Made by a program: the position numbers and the translations under genes
Shown here: piece after piece, positions 60,346 to 64,000 of the stretch
Numbering within the stretch: the first letter of the stretch is position 1
How the letters are laid out: each line of letters opens with the position of its first letter
IMG/VR virus record: IMGVR_UViG_3300045988_151351
Coordinates: 64,001 to 128,000 of that record
Origin: a virus
Strand: one strand, 5' to 3'
Length of the DNA stretch: 64,000 nt
Notes under the pieces: generated by a model
The model's database searches: none
What the model saw: the letters and a program-made list of their open reading frames with translations, nothing else
What the model was told of the DNA's origin: nothing

Positions 60346-60879
60346 TTAACCCAATTTCTCAACAACGTTCTTCAATAAAGTAAGATTCTCTGGATCAGCT
60401 AATTTCTTTTGAATTTCAGTAGCATCAAGATTCAAATTACTATAATCACGTCCAATAGAATCAAGAATACCAAGCGCGGAATTGCGATAAGTATAAATCG
60501 CGGTTGCCAATTCATGAGTCACTTTTGTTAAATAATAAAATTCGCTTTCAGGAACTAAGCCAATAATTAAGTTAAGTAATTTATTACTACTTAATAAATC
60601 ATATAACTTCATTGGGTCTGACTTTTGCTTTTCTGTAAAACTAATATTAGAATAAGCATAGACAATCTCTAAAGCAAGCCACATATCTAATTTAAGATTA
60701 TTATAATATCCAGCATCATCATCAACTGAATTATTTAATACTCTTGAAATTAATTCTGCTTTTTCCGCAATTGGAAGATATTGCTTTACTTCAACTGTCT
60801 GATCATTAAATTCTACAGTTTGAAATTCATCTAATTTGTCTTTAGTTAAACCTAATTTTGAAAATGCTATCTTTGCCAT
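60346..60879 (-). CDS. Tail assembly chaperone-like protein (177 aa, no TAG), immediately upstream of the TMP gene
   Basis: Track ORF MAKIAFSKLGLTKDKLDEFQTVEFNDQTVEVKQYLPIAEKAELISRVL... Its position relative to the TMP gene and its size fit a gpG-like chaperone. Confidence 0.4.
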   Translation of the reverse strand: MAKIAFSKLGLTKDKLDEFQTVEFNDQTVEVKQYLPIAEKAELISRVLNNSVDDDAGYYNNLKLDMWLALEIVYAYSNISFTEKQKSDPMKLYDLLSSNKLLNLIIGLVPESEFYYLTKVTHELATAIYTYRNSALGILDSIGRDYSNLNLDATEIQKKLADPENLTLLKNVVEKLG

Positions 60880-60945
60880 AACATATTCCTCCTTTTACTC
60901 TTTATATAATTATACAAAAATTTTTGTGATTCGTCAAATTTAAAA

Positions 60946-61992
60946 TTAAATCTAAAATTTTACTCCGATTTTTTTATCTTCATAATCTTTTAGCAAATTA
61001 TCTAAATCTTTCTCCAAATATTTGGATAAATTTGTAGTAACTTGTTTTACTTTACCAGGTTGAGTTACTTTTTCTTTAAAAGCTGATAAAAATTCAGTTT
61101 CATTAGCATTTTTGAAATCTTTTTTAATCTACTAGATATATTTATTAATCTAATACATACCCATTAAACCAGCGCGCTATGTTTTTACTGCATATTGTAC
61201 ACTCTATTCATTATCCGCCGTTACGTCTCCTAAAAAGAAACCTAAAGTATTATCAACACTTAACATACCATTTTTACTATCTGTAATATAAAAACCGACT
61301 CGATTTTCTAATCCGCCAATCCCAGTAAAAGGAATTTTATTTATATAAAAATTAGCATAAGCTTCAGCAATAGTACCTCTATTATTAATTTTTGCTCTCC
61401 CCCATTCACCATCATCTTTTCGCCAGAAAATAGGTAAACCTACGCTCTTTTTAAATCTCGCTTTCGCAATTTCCCATCTATCATATACTGAATTAGCAGT
61501 TTCATCTAATAGAGTACTATCATATTCTTCAGCTTCTAATTTCAGCATATCTTCTATTCCATTTATAGAATATTCTAAAGACTAGTACTAATTTTCTACT
61601 ACATGAGATAAATCATTGTCTGATAATCCAATCTAAAAACTACCATTTTCATCATGATATACATAGGTCATCACAATCTTTTGACCATAATAGGCATTAA
61701 ATAAATTCTAAAAATTAAAAAATTTTTCATATAATTCTCTTTCCATAGAATAAATTTCTTGCCGTATAGAACTTATATCCTATTTATTCTTTTTTAAAGA
61801 CCTTTTAATTTTAATTAATTCATGATATTTAGTATATTCTTTTTCAAATATCTCTAATGCTTCCATAACTTGAGTAGTAGTAACTGCTAACTCAGAATTT
61901 AAAGATTGCTATACTATCTGAGCTAACTCTTTTGTACTAATGCTGACCATCTCTTGAGCAACATCAGTTAAATTAAAATTTTCGATAGCCAC
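60946..61992 (-). CDS. Hypothetical tail-module protein (about 348 aa), GTG start
   Basis: An AAGGAGG RBS lies 9 nt upstream of GTG 61992 (VAIENFNLTDVAQEMVSISTKELAQ...). It runs through track ORF 61204..61548 and two TAG codons into a 74-codon C-terminal extension (...MGMYQINKYIQQIKKDFKNANETEF...) ending at TAA 60946. Confidence 0.4.
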
Positions 61993-62007
61993 TTATTATT
62001 TCCTCCT

Positions 62008-62050
62008 TTTTCTCAATATAATAAAATAAAGGGAGAGGAATAAATCCTCT
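62008..62050. terminator. Intrinsic terminator hairpin (AAGGGAGAGG-n6-CCTCTCCCTT)
   Basis: aagggagaggaataaatcctctccctt. On the minus strand it is followed by TTATTTTATT. It shares the GGGAGAGG/CCTCTCCC stem with the hairpins at 24509 and 24558. Confidence 0.5.
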
Positions 62051-62062
62051 CCCTTATATTAT

Positions 62063-63244
62063 TTACTTGTTTTCTTTATCAAGTTTAGATAAAAGTTCAT
62101 CTAGTTCGTTCTTTTCTTCAACTACTGTTGTTTCTTTCGGAACTTCTTTGATTACCCTTTTTTCTGCTTTCTTAATTACTTCAGGTTTCTTTTCAGCACT
62201 GGGTTCAGACTTTACAACCCAATGTTTACCTTTAATAATCATAAATTAATCAGTGAAACGAGCGTTGTGACTGGCATCATGAACAGTCTGAGTTCTATGA
62301 ATGTCACTAGCGCCGCCTTCCTCAATAATCTGAATAGCAGCAAGGACTTTCTTACTGTGGTCGAAACGAGTATAATCAGGGAATGCGTCCATAGTAAATG
62401 TGAAAGTAGAAGGATCGCCAGAAGAAGCCATTGTGAAAGTAAAGTTAGACTGAATCTTGCAGTTAGGAATTATAAATTCAGCAGGCATATCAACACCATT
62501 TTGATCACGGAATAAGGTAGAAGCTTCAAGATAATAGTTACCACCGAATTTATCAGCAGTAATTTCAATCTGTTGAGCACCACTAGCTTTTTCAGTATAA
62601 TAATCAACAATAGCACTATCATATGCTGCAGCTGCTGGAAGACCATTATGTTCATCAAAAGTATAATCACCTGTACCAGCAACATAATCATCATGTGGAG
62701 TTTTAACAACTAAATCAAAATATTCATTGCCATTAGTATCCTTTTTAGCAGTTAACTCCTCATGGACAGGAATAAAAGGTTCAGAAATAATTTCGCCATC
62801 TTTGACAAACATAACATAAGCGAAATTCTCTTGATTACCAGTTGGAAGATAAGGCTTTTTAGAAACACGAATAGTAACTTGTCCTTCAGTAGTTGTACTA
62901 TCAATTTGTGCCTTATCTACAGTTTCAGTGATATGCTGTTTAATAGTACTATCAGCACTTGCTTCAATTAAACCGGCACCAGAAAGAATCATAAAACCTT
63001 CTGGAGAAATAAGAGCATCTTCCATTGTGAAAGTAACAGTTCTTTCACCTTCCCAAGCTACTAAACGAGCATTACCACGGCCACCTTGAGCATATACAGT
63101 GGTAGCTGCGCCTTCCATGCTAGAAGTCTTTAATGTATCGAAATAGATAACTGGTTCATTCTTATAGAAGATTTTATTACCGATCTTTTGAGCTGCTTTA
63201 GCCTTCAAAACAACATCGCAAATCTCACGAACACCAAATTTCAT
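62063..63244 (-). CDS. Major structural protein (about 393 aa; major tail tube/sheath or other abundant virion protein) with a Lys-rich C-terminal extension after a single TAG
   Basis: Track ORF 62246..63244 (332 aa, AAGGAGG RBS, MKFGVREICDVVLKAKAAQKIGNKIFYKNEPVIYFDTLK...) has no internal TAG. Its TAG at 62246 is followed in frame by FMIIKGKHWVVKSEPSAEKKPEVIKKAEKRVIKEVPKETTVVEEKNELDELLSKLDKENK* (TAA 62063). It is bracketed by terminators and sits two genes upstream of the chaperone/TMP. Confidence 0.5.
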
Positions 63245-63267
63245 AGGTTATTTTCCTCCTTATAAAT

Positions 63268-63999
63268 TTAATGGATATTTTTCATCCAATTCTCCGGCTT
63301 GTTATCTGACTTAGCGCCAGCCAACCTAGACCGGATATCAATATCCCAATTAATATAAAGCTAATATCTCTCAACAAGGTCAAAAAGTTGGAACATTGTT
63401 AAATCCATTAAATCCTGTAGAGACATAGAGTTCAAACCTACAGTAAGCATTGAAAGATACTAACTAAATATACTAGCATTAGCGTTACCATTTAATTCAG
63501 CAACGCGCTAGCGCCCACGCATTAATTTATCAGCAATTTTTTTAGCTGTCTCATTAGCAGGATTAAATCCCAATTCTTGCGAAGCACTAGATTTAGCACA
63601 AAAGATTTCTCTAGTAAGAGATTGTAATATCTCAAAACTACTTTCATCAATCATACTTGTATTATCTTCTCCCTAAAGCATAATACTTCTAGGAGTAAAT
63701 AATATTTTTTTATTTGGAAATAATAATGTAAGAAATTGACGAGTAGCATATTTTTTATCTGCCATTTCCTTTTCCTACATCATTGTCATAAATATCTAAA
63801 AATTACTTGTATTTCTTAAAAGACTTTCGCCCTCGTTTATATGTAAATTATCTTTGTTAATACAAAAACACTACATTCCTATAAAAAAGTCTTGTTCTCC
63901 AACATAAGCAATTTCACGGATTTTAGGCTAATGAATAATTGATTGTATTTCAGGAACTGGAATATCAGTTCCGCACATAAGCGCCAATCGTATATCCAT
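63268..63999 (-). CDS. Hypothetical structural-module protein (at least 243 aa; may start beyond the window end)
   Basis: MDIRLALMCGTDIPVPEIQSIIH(Q)PKIREIAYVGEQDFFIGM(Q)CFCINK... has about 8 TAG codons and ends ...KPENWMKNIH* at TAA about 63268. Confidence 0.35.
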
Positions 64000-64000
64000 T

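Noticed and set aside
63270-63540. A locally GC-richer stretch containing gttcaaacc, examined as a possible tRNA (for example a suppressor tRNA).
   Set aside because: No acceptor/T-arm pairing or anticodon-loop structure could be built. The region is in frame within the minus-strand gene 63268..63999.

Overview
This window looks like part of a large, AT-rich phage (possibly jumbo-phage) genome that reads TAG as a sense codon. Hand translation shows that nrdD, nrdG, dut, ruvC and nearly all minus-strand structural genes keep one frame across many in-frame TAG codons and end only at TAA or TGA. Conserved motifs continue straight through the TAGs. NrdG reads ...RGSKN-TAG-HII..., matching the conserved RGSxNQ motif, so TAG most likely encodes Gln (as in translation table 15). 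The six-frame ORF track therefore breaks real genes into pieces.

Layout:
- 1-9756 (+ strand): replication and nucleotide-metabolism module (Pol III alpha C-terminus, dNMP kinase, NrdD, NrdG, dUTPase, RuvC resolvase, small hypotheticals).
- 9789-12642 (- strand): cluster of small genes, including a Cys/Gly-Trp-rich membrane protein.
- 12865-13569 (+ strand): orphan LytTR-family response regulator.
- 13615-63999 (- strand): long late structural region in several transcription units separated by hairpin terminators.

The late region contains, in order of increasing coordinate: a holin, two fibre-like proteins (one with a 24-bp coding tandem repeat), two tandem radical-SAM/SPASM enzymes, a ~1344-aa glycine-rich fibre with three paralogous internal modules, a ~2591-aa protein with C-terminal leucine-rich repeats, two tail-fibre proteins with the conserved fibre N-terminal motif, several baseplate/tail-like proteins, a ~1747-aa fibre/spike with a C-terminal intramolecular-chaperone (peptidase S74-like) domain, a ~3110-aa tape-measure-like protein, a chaperone-like gene, and a nearly TAG-free major structural protein flanked by terminators.

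No tRNA, rRNA, CRISPR array, integrase or transposase was recognised. All coordinates of recoded genes were assembled by hand translation and are approximate. Several gaps between track fragments were checked codon by codon for TAA/TGA (no in-frame TAA/TGA from 27343 to 35118; also the 19821-23855 gene between 20808 and 21881, 40187-41280, 42478-43410, 50025-50477, 52672-52890, 57097-57441). The remaining gaps were not checked.
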